Source: Paraspadella gotoi (Eukaryota > Animalia > Chaetognatha). From it: 64,000 bases of DNA. The position numbers were made by a program, and so were the translations under genes. The stretch is taken from contig CM119265.1 of NCBI GenBank assembly GCA_051294375.1, positions 17,649,377 through 17,713,376 on the forward strand. Reading direction: 5' to 3'. This document shows positions 48,099-62,300 of the stretch, piece by piece. Below the pieces are notes generated by a model. It did no database searches and was not told where the DNA came from. It saw only the letters and a list, made by a program, of their open reading frames with translations. The stretch's first letter is position 1; each line of letters begins with the position of its first letter.

Positions 48099-51000
48099 TA
48101 AACAGATTTTCGGTCACGGAGTCAACCCAAGAAGCGAGAAGAAACCTTTAGTCGCATTGTTTGCCCGAAGCGAATGAGGAAGAAAGAAAAAGAAAGAACT
48201 AAAGAAGAACTAAATAAGAAAGAGAATGTGTGGGAAGAAAGAAATGAAGTTTACTGGCGAGAAAATATTATAGATTCAACTGAAAGAAAAACTTTACTTA
48301 ATGCGGGAGTCCACTGGCGGATACTGATTTACTATAAGCTTCAATCAACGTTTTAAATAGAGTATTTAAATTTAAGTATTAATATTTATTTATTTGATAA
48401 ATGAACTAGATCTTGACTCGACTTGGACAGGCGAGCATTTCATCTTTTCAACCTCTGCTTCACCACCAACCCCGCCTCCCCTTTACACCACACGGTCTTC
48501 CCCTCCAAGTGGTTTTGACGATGACGTGGTAATGAAAATGTCAAAATGAAAATGTCAAGAGTCTTTGGAGACGACGAACTCGCAAACTCTGGCCGCGAAC
48601 CTCGAATTATGACTGGAAAACCGAAATGCAGAAAAAATAAAAGGGGGGGGCGGAGGCGGGGAGAAAGAAAAAGTTATGTCGCGCGGGCTTTTTTGAATAA
48701 CTGTCCGTCGTGAAGGCGGAGGAAGAGGAGGAGGAGGAGGAGGAGGAGGAGGCGAGAAACGGGGGCGATTGTGGCTTGAGTTGTTAAAAATGTTTTTGCT
48801 TAAGTCATTGTTGCCGCCTTCTTTTTTAAAACTAAAATTATGAACCGGACCTCGGGACACATTCTTTCGGTTGCCTGGCCGTGGCCAGTGGCCACTCAAA
48901 ATAAAATCACTAAGTTTACATGTTTGTAAATCGAAAACAGACGAAAGAAGTGAAGGGGAAGATAAGCAAAGGGAATGAAAGATTAAAATGGCTCAGAATG
49001 GAGGATCAGAAGCGGAACCAGAGCGACCTCTGAAAAAAAACTGGCAAAGTTCCAATCTTCTCAGTTAGGATTTGAGAAGGAAAAAAGGAGAGACACATGA
49101 TGCAAAAGTTGTTTCTAAAAATAAAACAAGAATTTTTATTTCAATTATAAAATCCGTTGATGGCATCGATTTTTGGAAATATACTACATTGCATAGTTTA
49201 GGAGAAAAAAAAGTTACCCTTTTCTGGTGAGGAAAGTAAACCTTAAACCCAAAACATAAAAATCTAAAAGAGTTTGTAGTGAAAAGTGAGAAAAAAATGT
49301 AGTTAAAAAAAAAGAGAGAAAAGAAAGAAAGGAGAGAGAGAGAGAGGGAGACGCTTTTCTCGTTGGTTCGAAGCCAAAGTAACGACGGGGTGTCATATTT
49401 GCTTTGTAGTACGACGACTGTGTGGGCGAAAGAAGAGTGAAGGAATTGTGGAGAGTGGGGAGTCGAAAGGCAGGAAGCGTTATGTTGGTGGTGGGACGCG
49501 GTAGGAGTGGGCGGGGTTGTCGGAAGCGAAAGGTTGGAAGCGATATAAGTCAATTGTTGATGAAGGGTAAAGAAGGGAAATCGTAATAAAGGGTAGGGAG
49601 GAACGGGGAGCAAAGGATGGGAGAAAAACGCGAGAAAAAGAACTAAACGGGGAATTGAACCGATGGGTGAGAAAGAAAAAAAAGTTCACCAAAAGAAAAG
49701 AAACATATAAATTTTCCAATACAATTACTAGAACGAAGATGATTTAACGATGACGATGACAATGACTGAAAGAACTGGGAAAGAAAGAAGAGAAGCACGA
49801 AAGAAAGAGGAGGAAGAATAAATGAGAGATAAAAATGAATTTTAGCGACATAAATAAATAAATAAATAAATAAATAGAATAAAGTAAAAGACAAGAGAAG
49901 ACCCATCTGGGGGTCTATAAAAATGGCGAAAGTTAAAAAGACGCTTGATGAAAAGAAATGCGTATCAGAGCAAGAAAAGAAGGAAGAAAGTTAACTAAGG
50001 GAAAAAGAAGAAATCAGCAAGAGATCGAAACAGAAGAAAGAAAGAGAAGGATAGAAGAAGTTAATATGCAGAAAAAGACTTAGAAATTAAAGTAGAACAC
50101 AAGAGGAGGCCTTAGCGAAGCTAAAAACAGGCCTCATAGACATTATGAGAATCTACAGAAGCAAACTCGGATAAAATTAAAACAGCTAAGAATTAATAAG
50201 ATAGATAATGAAAAATAATATATAAATAAAAAGTTAAAAATAAGATTGGAAAATTTTTAAAAAAAAAAAAACAAAAAAAAAAAACATCATGAGAGGAAGC
50301 TATTTTCAGTTCATGTATTGAAGATAAAGTCAAAACATTTATAGATATGAGTAAAGATAGAGAATTAGAGAAAGAAAGAAGAAGAAGTATAAGATGAACG
50401 ATAAGTCAGAAAAATAGAAAGTAATAGCATGATAACCTGAAAAAGCCAACCTATTGGGAAAATCATCGAAAGAATTTCCCGGGCGAACATAAAAGATAAA
50501 AGCGACTTTGGTTGCTAGTTTTTCCCTTTTAGTCGTGCTCCTCGTTCAGTTGCGTATGACTACGCGAAACATAACGCGTCATCGCTGTCGCCAGGGTGCC
50601 AGAAAACAATCTGTTGTGGATTGGGTGAGGCGTTGTTCTTGCTTGGCGCTGTTGTCAATAAGATTTCGACGACTTTTTTTTTACGAACATCTCATTGCAC
50701 ATCTCAGTTGCCACAATCTCATGGCACGTAGTAACGATTACGATAAAACAAAACGTTTTAAATATTGGGAACAAACCCTTTTAGTGGACAATAGCCCAAT
50801 CCGGATTCCTAATAACAGACCCCAACGATTCCCTCGACTTTCCCATGTTAAAAAGGACAAAGGTTGGGGAGGCGACGTGGGGCCTGTTCCGCCGTGAATC
50901 CGTCTCGGTGGACCCAGAGCTTAACGAACACACGTTCACGAGGAATTTGCCCTAAGGCGACCCCAATATCAAGAAACGGCGCGCGAATTCTCAGACGCAG

Positions 51001-51512
51001 CGGCGATTCTGCCCAATACGGAACGGCCGGAGGCATTGTCTTTTCGGTCCCCCGCTGGACGTCGAGATGTTGCCCGCGCCCAAAAGTCTCCCAAAGGGAA
51101 ATCGGTTCGTCTCGTCGTCGTCGTCCGTCTTNNNNNNNNNNNNNNNNNNNNNNNNNNNNNNNNNNNNNNNNNNNNNNNNNNNNNNNNNNNNNNNNNNNNN
51201 NNNNNNNNNNNNNNNNNNNNNNNNNNNNNNNNNNNNNNNNNNNNNNNNNNNNNNNNNNNNNNNNNNNNNNNNNNNNNNNNNNNNNNNNNNNNNNNNNNNN
51301 NNNNNNNNNNNNNNNNNNNNNNNNNNNNNNNNNNNNNNNNNNNNNNNNNNNNNNNNNNNNNNNNNNNNNNNNNNNNNNNNNNNNNNNNNNNNNNNNNNNN
51401 NNNNNNNNNNNNNNNNNNNNNNNNNNNNNNNNNNNNNNNNNNNNNNNNNNNNNNNNNNNNNNNNNNNNNNNNNNNNNNNNNNNNNNNNNNNNNNNNNNNN
51501 NNNNNNNNNNNN

Positions 51513-51566
51513 ATGTATGTATGTATGTATGTATGTATGTATGTATGTATGTTTGTATGTATGTAT

Positions 51567-51633
<67 letters not shown>

Positions 51634-51647
51634 TTTCTTTCTTTCGT

Positions 51648-51723
<76 letters not shown>

Positions 51724-51724
51724 T
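51513..51724. repeat. Compound tetranucleotide microsatellite (ATGT)n-(ATTT)n-(CTTT)n
   Basis: Directly visible. Confidence 0.97.
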
Positions 51725-52442
51725 GCTTTTATCCCAGAGGGAATCGATCGATTTTACTCTTTTTCCCGCGATTGTGACGTCAGAGCGGAATTATGTCAGA
51801 AAAGTCTTTCGCGTTAGACGTATACTAACTATGCGGGCGAGAAAGAGAAAGAAGGTTTTTTTGACGCCTTTCAGCAACTTGGTTTGTTTGTTTCATTCCC
51901 CGTCAGTCTATGTTTATTGTTTGGTTTTCTTTACTTTTTAGTTTATTTCGCGTTAAGTTTTCTTTTTTTCCTTTTAGAGAGCTGACTCACACTTTCTAAT
52001 TCGGTCATAAATAATTTATTGTTTATTGTCATTTGTTTGTTGACTCTCGTACATATATGACCCGCCCCGTCGATCGATAATCGCGAACTCTNNNNNNNNN
52101 NCCCGCCTTTCCAGCGCCACACGTGCCCTTCGAACTTCCGTGCTCCTCGCCATTCTCACGCGGTTGACGAGAACGTGTGGTCGCGTGCGAGCGGGTGAGG
52201 CTAAGCGTGCACGGCCGGGGATCGCGCGGTCGTCGAACTTACCACGACCGGAGGTGAGAGGGCAGGAGGTGGGCCGAGGGGGGGGGGAGTGGTCTTGTAT
52301 CTCGATGCGATTAAAAGTACAAAACGAGGAAAAATTCTAAGGCATTTGAGTTTCGACCCACACCAATTATAATTAAATTATACTTAGATTTATATACGTA
52401 TACCAAATGAAAGATTTAAACCAATAGGAAAGAGGGAGAGAG

Positions 52443-52524
<82 letters not shown>
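52443..52524. repeat. (GAAA)n microsatellite
   Basis: Directly visible; a similar tract lies at 17227-17287. Confidence 0.97.
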
Positions 52525-52529
<5 letters not shown>

Positions 52530-52938
52530 GAGCGAGAGAGAGAGAGAGGTTCTACCGAGAGTGAAGGAAAATGAATGAATGAGGAAGCTAACTATTCCTG
52601 CGAGATGCCAATCATCCCGCACTTTTCATGCTAATGGTTCCCATGGAAACCGAATATGACGACAAGTGCAGCCGAAAAGCGAGGGAGGAAAACGGGGTGG
52701 GAGAGATTGTGAGAGAGGGAGGGAGGGGGACAGAAAGAGAGAGACAGAGAGAGAGAGAGAGACAGAGATAGATATTAATAAAAGGAGTCAAGATAAGTGG
52801 GAAGGAAGGCTGGAAAAAACAGAAAAATATAACAGAAAAAAATGAACATAATAATGAAAAAAAAGAAGAATCGCGGATAAAATCAACATGTAAACCTTTA
52901 AATTCATCTATTTTTTACCGCAATTAATAAAGTTAATA

Positions 52939-53047
<109 letters not shown>

Positions 53048-55444
53048 ATTTGGTAGTCAGTTTTGAACGAAAATCTAAATTGAAAAAAAATTTCTTCGAT
53101 TTCAAGACAAACGTCGACTGCTACTTTCGACTGCGAGACAAGTGAGCGTGACTTCGAAGTCAATGGCAAAAAACTTGTACCTCCTACCTACGGGTTGGCG
53201 ACCCCAGACTCTCGTGACAGCGCCCCGCCCTATCGTTTAAACATATTTTAAACTCCAACTGTCTGAACCCATTTTTTCCCCTTTCAGGCGAAAAAAACAA
53301 TGTAATTTATGTTTTTTTTATGTTTTCACCTTTTTTTTTCGTTTAATCTTTATTCTTCTTTTTCCTTTCCTTTTGCAGCTACCCCTTTGGGCCTTTCCCT
53401 AGCCGCACTCCCCAAGGGTCAACTTTTTAAAAAAATCGTTTTCCGAAAAAAATTGCCAGAAACTGAAATATGGCACGGAGGTAACGGAATGTATCATGCC
53501 GCCTTGTTACAGATTTGCGGGTCTGATTCGAAACTCCAGGGCAGAGAAGAAATCTCTGCAGCGACCCTTCCCGACCCCAAGGGTCAAACGCATCGAAAAA
53601 GGGCGAGTGACGTCGAAGCGGAAAGCGTTTTACGTCGCGTCGCCATATTTATTTTTTAGTCCGCAAGAGGGAGGGAGATGGAGNNNNNNNNNNNNNNNNN
53701 NNNNNNNNNNNNNNNNNNNNNNNNNNNNNNNNNNNNNNNNNNNNNNNNNNNNNNNNNNNNNNNNNNNNNNNNNNNNNNNNNNNNNNNNNNNNNNNNNNNN
53801 NNNNNNNNNNNNNNNNNNNNNNNNNNNNNNNNNNNNNNNNNNNNNNNNCATTGGTTTTAAGTTATGATCCTTGATTTCGCTGCAAAAAAATTCAGAATTG
53901 TAAGTTTACTTCAGTCAAAACCTCCAAATGCAGGACCAAATAAAAATGGCCAAAAAGAGCGCCGTGTAGGAGTGGAGCCAAAGCGTCATAGCGCCGATTT
54001 CGAATCGTGGCCTTGAAGGGAAAAAACCCCGTGACACGAAATCGTAAAATTGCGATTCTCTGACTCAATTGGCGTTCGGAGGAGAAGNNNNNNNNNNNNN
54101 NNNNNNNNNNNNNNNNNNNNNNNNNNNNNNNNNNNNNNNNNNNNNNNNNNNNNNNNNNNNNNNNNNNNNNNNNNNNNNNNNNNNNNNNNNNNNNNNNNNN
54201 NNNNNNNNNNNNNNNNNNNNNNNNNNNNNNNNNNNNNNNNNNNNNNNNNNNNNNNNNNNNNNNNNNNNNNNNNNNNNNNNNNNNNNNNNNNNNNNNNNNN
54301 NNNNNNNNNNNNNNNNNNNNNNNNNNNNNNNNNNNNNNNNNNNNNNNNNNNNNNNNNNNNNNNNNNNNNNNNNNNNNNNNNNNNNNNNNNNNNNNNNNNN
54401 NNNNNTGACTTCGTTCAAAATAAAACTTTTAAAAATAACCGAAGCTTTTTTATTCTTTCAAATCGTGTAAATATTTAGACAAGTTATTTGTCTCTCTATT
54501 CGTCAGTCCGATGTACATGGGTCAACCATCGGGATTTAACGCCTCGCCTAACATCTTCAACCAATGTTCACGAAATTCTTCATTCTCTCCTCTTAAAACT
54601 CATCAAAGCCTCATAGTCAAATCGAAGCAGACAACATTAAATAAGCAGACAATATTAAATTGTAATTTTTATGATTTTCCACGTCATCACCTATGTATTT
54701 TCTTTATCCTAACCTCATCCTATTTTCTTTGCTCATCTCCTCCCTACCCATTTTATTCCTTTCTCTCATCCGTCCTTTCATTTTCCCATCGCTTCCTTTC
54801 ATCCGTCCTCTCTTTTTCCCATCCTTTCCTCTCATCCCTCATCATTGACAGATTTTTAATTCGATTCGATTCTAAAATATTCATCTCAACTCCAAACTCA
54901 AGGACTTTTCGTCGCGAGGCCGAAACGGCGCCTAAAAGAGGATCCGGCGACGGCGTCCGCGGCGCCGACAAGGGAATCCGAACCGGCGTCGGCGGCGCCG
55001 AAAAGAGAATATGCGGCGATGTCAAGGGAGCCCGCGGTTGTGAACGCGGCGCCTCCAAAAGAACGAGTTCTATGATGGGCGTCGAATCAAAGAGGAATGT
55101 GACTTTCTGTTCCCTTCGCTCGTCGCTCGGAGACGCTTCCGCGAATCTTTTGTCAATATATCAGCCATTTTTAATGTGGGACGCAACGCGCCTTTCGCGA
55201 GACCTTCTAAATAGGCTTCTCGAAATAAACTATCTCTTTGAGGAAATGGATGTAAAGTTTTTATTAAAAAAGAGGTTGGTCTATTAGATTTTTGCAAACA
55301 GCGAACGAACGAGCATCGAGTTTTAAATACGATGATGATAACGATGACGATAACTATGATGATGACGACGAAAATGTGACGACGAGAATCTTCGATCACA
55401 CAGCGATCGGGAACTCGGGTGGTAGCGGACGCGAGCGAGGTCGG

Positions 55445-55531
55445 GAGCGGTCAAAGGAGGTGGAAGCGGTCGCGACCGACGAGAGCGGTCAAAGGAGGTT
55501 GAAGCGGTCTCGACCGACGAGAGAGGTCAAA
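55445..55531. repeat. 38 bp tandem repeat, ~2.3 copies
   Basis: gagcggtcaaaggaggt(g/t)gaagcggtc(g/t)cgaccgacga at 55445 and 55483, partial at 55521. Confidence 0.9.
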
Positions 55532-55935
55532 TCGGTCAATCGCGGCTCAAAACGTCATTAAAAATTCAGAGGAGAACGAATGATGAGCGGGACTACGCGG
55601 ACGACGATAAAGACGACGTTGACGACGAGGATTCAACAACGACGAAGGAGAAAAGAAATAGGAGCTACCAATCGGAATTCGACAATGAAGACAGATGAAG
55701 CGAATTAGAATGAAGTCGACGACAAAAATTGCTTTGATTTGTATTTTGATTTTATTTGATTTGATTNNNNNNNNNNNNNNNNNNNNNNNNNTGATCTTTT
55801 TCTTATAAAACGTTCAGGCCTTTTGTTTTTTTTTTTTGTTTTTTTTTAACCAGAAAATGATTTTTTCGATGGAAAAGATCATTGAAGAAGTGAGCTCTTC
55901 TGCATTTTTTTTTTTAAGGAGAGAGAAGAGAGAAG

Positions 55936-55986
<51 letters not shown>

Positions 55987-56027
55987 AGAGAGAGAAGGAA
56001 GAGAGAGAGAGAGAAGAGAGAAAGATT

Positions 56028-59000
56028 GTGTTCCCGAATTCTCTGATTTTGCGAAAAATCAATTATTTTTTGGTTCGATTTCATTTAAGATTTAAAGGTC
56101 CCGGAGTTTCCTTTTCAATATTTTAGAAAAAATCGTTCAGCTTATTATGAATATATTTAAAATTACCTAAACAGAATTACGGAGATGAACAAAGAAATTG
56201 CTTAATAGAAGAATATTGAAAAGTTTAATAAAAGAGAAAGAAAAAAGTTTAAACAGAGAAAACCTAATTCAAATAAAGGAAGTTTGTTTCGTTGCATCCT
56301 GCGAGTAGGAGATATTGGAACGGGGCCGGGGGTGTATTAAGCAGAAGAGCTTTAGGTCAATAAAAATCTAAGAATCCCAAATTTTTGTATTTTCGTCAAG
56401 AACGTGGATAATAACTTCTTTGTGCCTTTTTTTTTTCGCTCCCCTTTTTCTGTTCCATTTCCCCCATTCTGGCCATTTTTTTGTTTTTCCTTTTTTCATT
56501 TCCCCTTATTTTTTATAATTTTAGCTTTTAAGTTAACAACTTCTCAAGTTCTCCGCCCGCGCCAAGGCAACTGAGCATCGCCACCGCAGCAAAAAAATCT
56601 TTTTATTTCAAAAATTTAATGCCGTTCCGTTTCGTCCGTCATTGTGGTCGTCGTCGTCGTCGTTTCGTTCATCTTCTCAAATTCCCAGAAACCCCAACGA
56701 TCCGATTTCGGGTGATTTCACCAAAAATGCGGAAAAGAAAATTGGGTTCAAACAGATTTTCATCTCAGCGTCGTCGGCAATCGAAGTCGTACGTCGTCGT
56801 TATGTCGTCGTCATCATTCTTCGTCATAACGGAACATTTATAATCTGAAGACTTAATTGTCCTTTCGACGCAAGTTATTGACACGTAGACATAACGTAAG
56901 TTGGTGGGACGTGCAAAATAAGGCGTAAGTTGAAAGTTACATACAAAAATTGTGCTAAAAGTCAATGTGATGAAACAACATACCAAATCAGCTGGAATCT
57001 TATTTTGTGAAAGAATAAAATTCAAATTTTTATGTTTTTTTAATTTTCGCAGTAGATATACTTGTATATATAGTAAACTATCCTTTCATAAAATCTAAAA
57101 AATTCAAAAAATAGGCTTTTTAAACTTTTTTGAATTTGCAGATTTGGAAATTCCTCGGTCAAAAGTTGATTAAAGAAAAATATAAATCATTGTTTTAAAA
57201 ATTTTCTTTCATTAAAGTGTTAAAAAAGTTAAAACAAACTATATTTAATATATAAAAAGTCTAATTTCCAGCTTTAAAATATCAGGGCTCTTTTTTCAAA
57301 TTTTTTGACCGACTTAAATGAAGGAATTTTTTCAAAAAGAGTTATATTTTTCTTTTTGTCAACTTTTTATGAAAATCTCTAAAATTCTGCAAAAAAATCT
57401 TAGAAAAAACTGTTTTTGTAAATTTTAACATTTATGGTTTAGTACAGTATAAATATGGGGCCTATACGCGTAAATTGTAAAAATTTATATATAATTTTTT
57501 TATTATATAATGTTCATTAATATAATATGTTCGTCCTAATTTTAAGAAGTTTCAAATAGAAGTTAAATTTTAAGAAATTTTTACTACGCCCTTAACGGTG
57601 CAAAGTTATATGTCAATCTATTCCATTGAGGGCTACAACGATGAGACCGAGCAACGTGATTATGATAGGAGGTTCAAACCGTTGAATTAGATTCCCTTCT
57701 GCGATATGCGGCGTCACGTGCCCGAATATAGAAAAAAACAATGATGACTCTTAATTGATTAATAAATTAATTTAAAAAAAAAGGGCCTTTTCTCTATAAT
57801 AATACATCGTCGTCCTATCGATATCGACAATTCGGTGGGAATTGTATTGATTAATTGACAGCGAAAATCTGGTCGGTTCTCGTCGTCGTCTTATCGTTCG
57901 TTTCGTCTGTCGTTGGATCGGTCCTCTTGACGTGTCGTTCGGTCGTTCGTCCCTTATGTGTTTCCGAATTCTCTGAATTTTTCGAAAAATCAATATTTTT
58001 TTGGTTCGATTTCATTTAAGATTTAAAGTCCCGAGTTTCCTTTTCAATATTTCTAGAAACAATCGTTCAGAATGCAATATTTAAAATTACCAAACAGAAT
58101 TACGGAAGATGAAACAAAGAAAATTGCTTTATAAGAATATTGAAGTAATAAAAGAGAAAAGAAAAGTTAAACAGAGAAAACTAATTCAAATAAAGGAAAG
58201 TTTGTTCGTTGCATCTGCGAGTAGGAGAATATTGGAAGGGGGGGGGGAATTAAGCAGAAGAGCTCCGGTCAATAAAAATCTACGAATCCAAAATTTCTTG
58301 TATTCCGTCAAAACGGATAATAACTTCTTTTGCTCTTTTTTTTCCCCTTTTTTCTGTCCATTTCCCATTCTGACCATTTTTTTCCTTTTTTTCATTTCCC
58401 TTATTTTTATATTTAGTTTTAAGTTACAACTCTCAAGTTCTCGCCCGCGCCAAGGCAACTGAGCAATCAGCCACCGCAGCAAAAAAATCTTTTTATTTCA
58501 AAATTTAATGCCGTCCGTTTCGTCGTCATTGTGGTCGTCGTCGTCGTCGTTCGTCATCTCTCAAATTCCCAAAACCCAAGAATCCGATTTCGTGATTTCA
58601 CCAAAAATGCGAAAAGAAAATTGGGTCAAACTGATTTCATCTCAGGCGTCGTCGGCATCGTCGTTATCGTCGTCGTCATCATTTTCGTCATAACGGAACA
58701 TTTTATCTTCGACTTAATTGTCTTCGACGGGAAGTTATTGACCGTGACATACGTAAGTTGGTGGTACGTGCAAAGTTATATTCATAATTCGTTGAGGTAC
58801 AAACGATAAACGAGCAAAGTGATTTATGATAGGAGGCTTCAAACGTGGAATTAGATTCTTTGCGATGAATGCGGCGTCACGGCCCGAATAACAAAAAAAA
58901 ATGATGACTCTTAATTGATTAATAAAATTAATTTTTAAAAAATGGGCTTTTCTCTATGTATATACTTCGTCGCCCTTCAACGACAATCCGTGGACTGTCA

Positions 59001-59070
59001 TTATTAATGACGCGATCGTCGGTTTCTTCGTCGTCGTCTTCGTCGTCGTCGTCGTCGTCTTCGTCGTCGT
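56028..59070. repeat. Direct tandem duplication: 56028-57955 (with MITE) and 57958-~59070 (without)
   Basis: Both copies start gtgtt(c/t)ccgaattctctg and are colinear through cgcccgcgccaaggcaactgagca and atgatgactcttaattgattaataaa. Differences are mostly indels. Confidence 0.92.
56919..57594. mobile_element. ~676 bp AT-rich MITE with short TIRs and ~9 bp target-site duplication (Mutator-like TSD length)
   Basis: Ends TAAGGCGTAAGT (56919) and ACTACGCCCTTA (57594), flanked by acgtgcaaa (56909-56917) and acggtgcaaa (57595-57604). The adjacent duplicate copy has a single acgtgcaaa (58766-58774) and no insert. Confidence 0.7.
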
Positions 59071-59553
59071 CGTCTTCGTCGTCGTCCTTGACGCAGTACT
59101 TTAAGCCCGGCTCTGCAACGGTTGAGATTTCGTGTAACTAATAGTCGGAGAGCAGTGAGGCGAAGCCGACTTCCTTCTCAGCTCAAGGCTCCACTCCTAT
59201 GGGATTTTTGTTCACCTCCCTCGTTGGAGTGACGGCATTGGTTTCAGTCTCTGGATTCAACCCTTTCTCNNNNNNNNNNNNNNNNNNNNNNNNNNNNNNN
59301 NNNNNNNNNNNNNNNNNNNNNNNNNNNNNNNNNNNNNNNNNNNNNNNNNNNNNNNNNNNNNNNNNNNNNNNNNNNNNNNNNNNNNNNNNNNNNNNNNNNN
59401 NNNNNNNNNNNNNNNNNNNNNNNNNNNNNNNNNNNNNNNNNNNNNNNNNNNNNNNNNNNNNNNNNNNNNNNNNNNNNTTTCCTTTATCTCTATTTTATTA
59501 AATATCTTTTATATGTTTTTTGTATGAAATCTTTTTCAAGATCGCGAGGATCT

Positions 59554-59613
59554 TCTAAGTCTAAGTCTAAATCTAAGTCTAATTCTAAATCAAAATCTAA
59601 ATCTAAGTCTAAA
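59554..59613. repeat. (TCTAAR)n hexamer repeat
   Basis: tctaagtctaagtctaaatctaagtctaattctaaa... Confidence 0.9.
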
Positions 59614-59947
59614 TTTCGGCCGGTTTGCGACAACGAGGCTCATCTGAGTCCGAGTCTCAACCTCTTCCCAGCGACCTCACTCAAGCGCCACCCTCTCCCC
59701 TCAGTAAACCGCCTGGCTTTGGTTCCCGGTCTCTCGGGAGGACTTTTGTTCCAATTTCGTCGAACGAAGGATTTCAACGAGCGACCACCAACGACAATGA
59801 CGGCGACAATACCAAAACAAATAATTATAATTTCGGGGCGTGGTAGAAGTAAAGAGTCGAATATTTATAAAATGAAGAAGAGTTTAAAGAATTACGGTAT
59901 TTTATTTTATTTTATTATATTGTATCTCATTTCATTTAATTCAATTG

Positions 59948-60022
<75 letters not shown>

Positions 60023-62267
60023 GCTCTCTCATTGTCTCTTTCGCTTTTTCTCCGGAAAAAGATGTTTTTGGATCAAATTTCCCCGATTCTCGGAAGCAAC
60101 AAAAAAAAAAGATGATAACGAACAAAAACATAAACAAAAACAAACAAAGGGCGACGACCGGCGGCGGGAGAAGAAAGAAAAATAAAACTATGCAAAAAGG
60201 AAAGAAAAAGGAAAGAAAAGGAGAGAAAACAAAAGAGCATCTCGTGAGTCTGAAGTGGAGACAATCGTCCCTCGGGGCGAAGGGACGGAAGATGGCATAA
60301 CGATAACCGCCAACGGGGATTTGTTTCACGGGGGGGGGGAAGAGAAAAGAGGGAAAAGATGGAGAGAAGAAAAAAGTGAAAAAAAAAGAGAAAAACGCAG
60401 TGAGACGGAATGATATACAGACGGACGGGACGAGAAGTCGGGACCCACTTTTCGATGTTTGTCAATGTTTGTAACTTGTTTATTTTTTAATGTCTTGTAT
60501 CAAGTTTGAACTGAGATGGAATTTTTAAACAAGACAATTTCGTGAGGTTGAAACTTTTTCTTTTTTTCGTGGACAGACCGGAGTTTGNNNNNNNNNNNNN
60601 NNNNNNNNNNNNNNNNNNNNNNNNNNNNNNNNNNNNNNNNNNNNNNNNNNNNNNNNNNNNNNNNNNNNNNNNNNNNNNNNNNNNNNNNNNNNNNNNNNNN
60701 NNNNNNNNNNNNNNNNNNNNNNNNNNNNNNNNNNNNNNNNNNNNNNNNNNNNNNNNNNNNNNNNNNNNNNNNNNNNNNNNNNNNNNNNNNNNNNNNNNNN
60801 NNNNNNNNNNNNNNNNNNNNNNNNNNNNNNNNNNNNNNNNNNNNNNNNNNNNNNNNNNNNNNNNNNNNNNNNNNNNNNNNNNNNNNNNNNNNNNNNNNNN
60901 NNNNNNNNNNNNNNNNNNNNNNNNNNNNNNNNNNNNNNNNNNNNNNNNNNNNNNNNNNNNNNNNNNNNNNNNNNNNNNNNNNNNNNNNNNNNNNNNNNNN
61001 NNNNNNNNNNNNNNNNNNNNNNNNNNNNNNNNNNNNNNNNNNNNNNNNNNNNNNNNNNNNNNNNNNNNNNNNNNNNNNNNNNNNNNNNNNNNNNNNNNNN
61101 NNNNNNNNNNNNNNNNNNNNNNNNNNNNNNNNNNNNNNNNNNNNNNNNNNNNNNNNNNNNNNNNNNNNNNNNNNNNNNNNNNNNNNNNNNNNNNNNNNNN
61201 NNNNNNNNNNNNNNNNNNNNNNNNNNNNNNNNNNNNNNNNNNNNNNNNNNNNNNNNNNNNNNNNNNNNNNNNNNNNNNNNNNNNNNNNNNNNNNNNNNNN
61301 NNNNNNNNNNNNNNNNNNNNNNNNNNNNNNNNNNNNNNNNNNNNNNNNNNNNNNNNNNNNNNNNNNNNNNNNNNNNNNNNNAGTGTTACGACAGCGAAGG
61401 CATGGACGATTGGTTCAGAAAGGAAATGAGTGTCCTTTGCTGTCGGGGGGCCATTGGGGCCATTGGGGCCTGCAAGCAGAGAGGAAAGTGGTTTGAAAGG
61501 CTGGCACAAATTTTGTCTTCGTAAGGAGAAGAGAAAAGAGAAAGGGATGGTGAGTGTAAGACTCTAAGTGGGAAGTGGAAATTGGCTTGAGAAATAGGAA
61601 CTGGGATGTGAGAGAAAACCAAAGCAAATTAATATAATAGTCGGTGAAAAAAAAAGGGAAAAAACTAGATCATTAGCGACCGTCATAAAAAGTTGAGAAA
61701 AAAAATAAAAAGTCAGAAAAAGACAATTTTGACTTAAGTGTGGGTTGAATAGAAGTAAAAAGTAACTAAAAAGAAACGAAATGAAAACGTGGCGATGAAA
61801 TGGAGTGAAGAGAAAAAGTGAGGTTAACTTTTCTTTACTTAGGGATAAAGAGGAAGAAAATATCATGGGGAAGTCAAATGCCAAGATGCAATCAAGCTTC
61901 GCTATGCAGCAAATAACAAGTAAAGTTTGGGTAAGAAAATCGTTTTTAACAATGATATTAGATCGATGAACTCACACCAAAACTACATCATTCAAACCGT
62001 AAGAATTGAGTTAAATAATCAATAAAAAAAAATGTCAACTTTTTGGCTAAGAAAAAAAAAACTACTACTTTGAGTTCCCAGCAAAGAAACGTCTAAAGAC
62101 GCGTTTCCCCCGAAAAAAAAAGGGTTTTTTAATTGGCTCTTCTTTTCGCCTCCTTTTTTTGAAAAGAAAAAAAAATTCGCGGTCGCCCTTCAAGTGTGTC
62201 CGTCTGTCCGTCGGTCCATCTTTCCTTAACTTATTCCATCTCTTACCTACTTTTCCTTTCACCCTTC

Positions 62268-62300
<33 letters not shown>

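Noticed and set aside
55445-55531. CRISPR-like repeat
   Set aside because: Head-to-tail copies without unique spacers, no cas genes, eukaryotic context.
58960-59265. Acidic minus-strand frame with in-frame TGA/TAG, hinting at a variant genetic code
   Set aside because: The error rate here is high and the Asp tract is just a (GAC)n microsatellite; no conserved protein anchors stop reassignment.
59554-59613. (TCTAAR)n as an interstitial telomere
   Set aside because: Short, heterogeneous and not a canonical telomeric unit.
59524-60300. 258 aa ORF and similar long ORFs (SLSL/RERE runs, X-filled frames)
   Set aside because: They stay open because of microsatellites or N runs; no domain signal.
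61444-61472. Collagen-like GPNGPNGPP
   Set aside because: Only three triplets from a 9 bp repeat.
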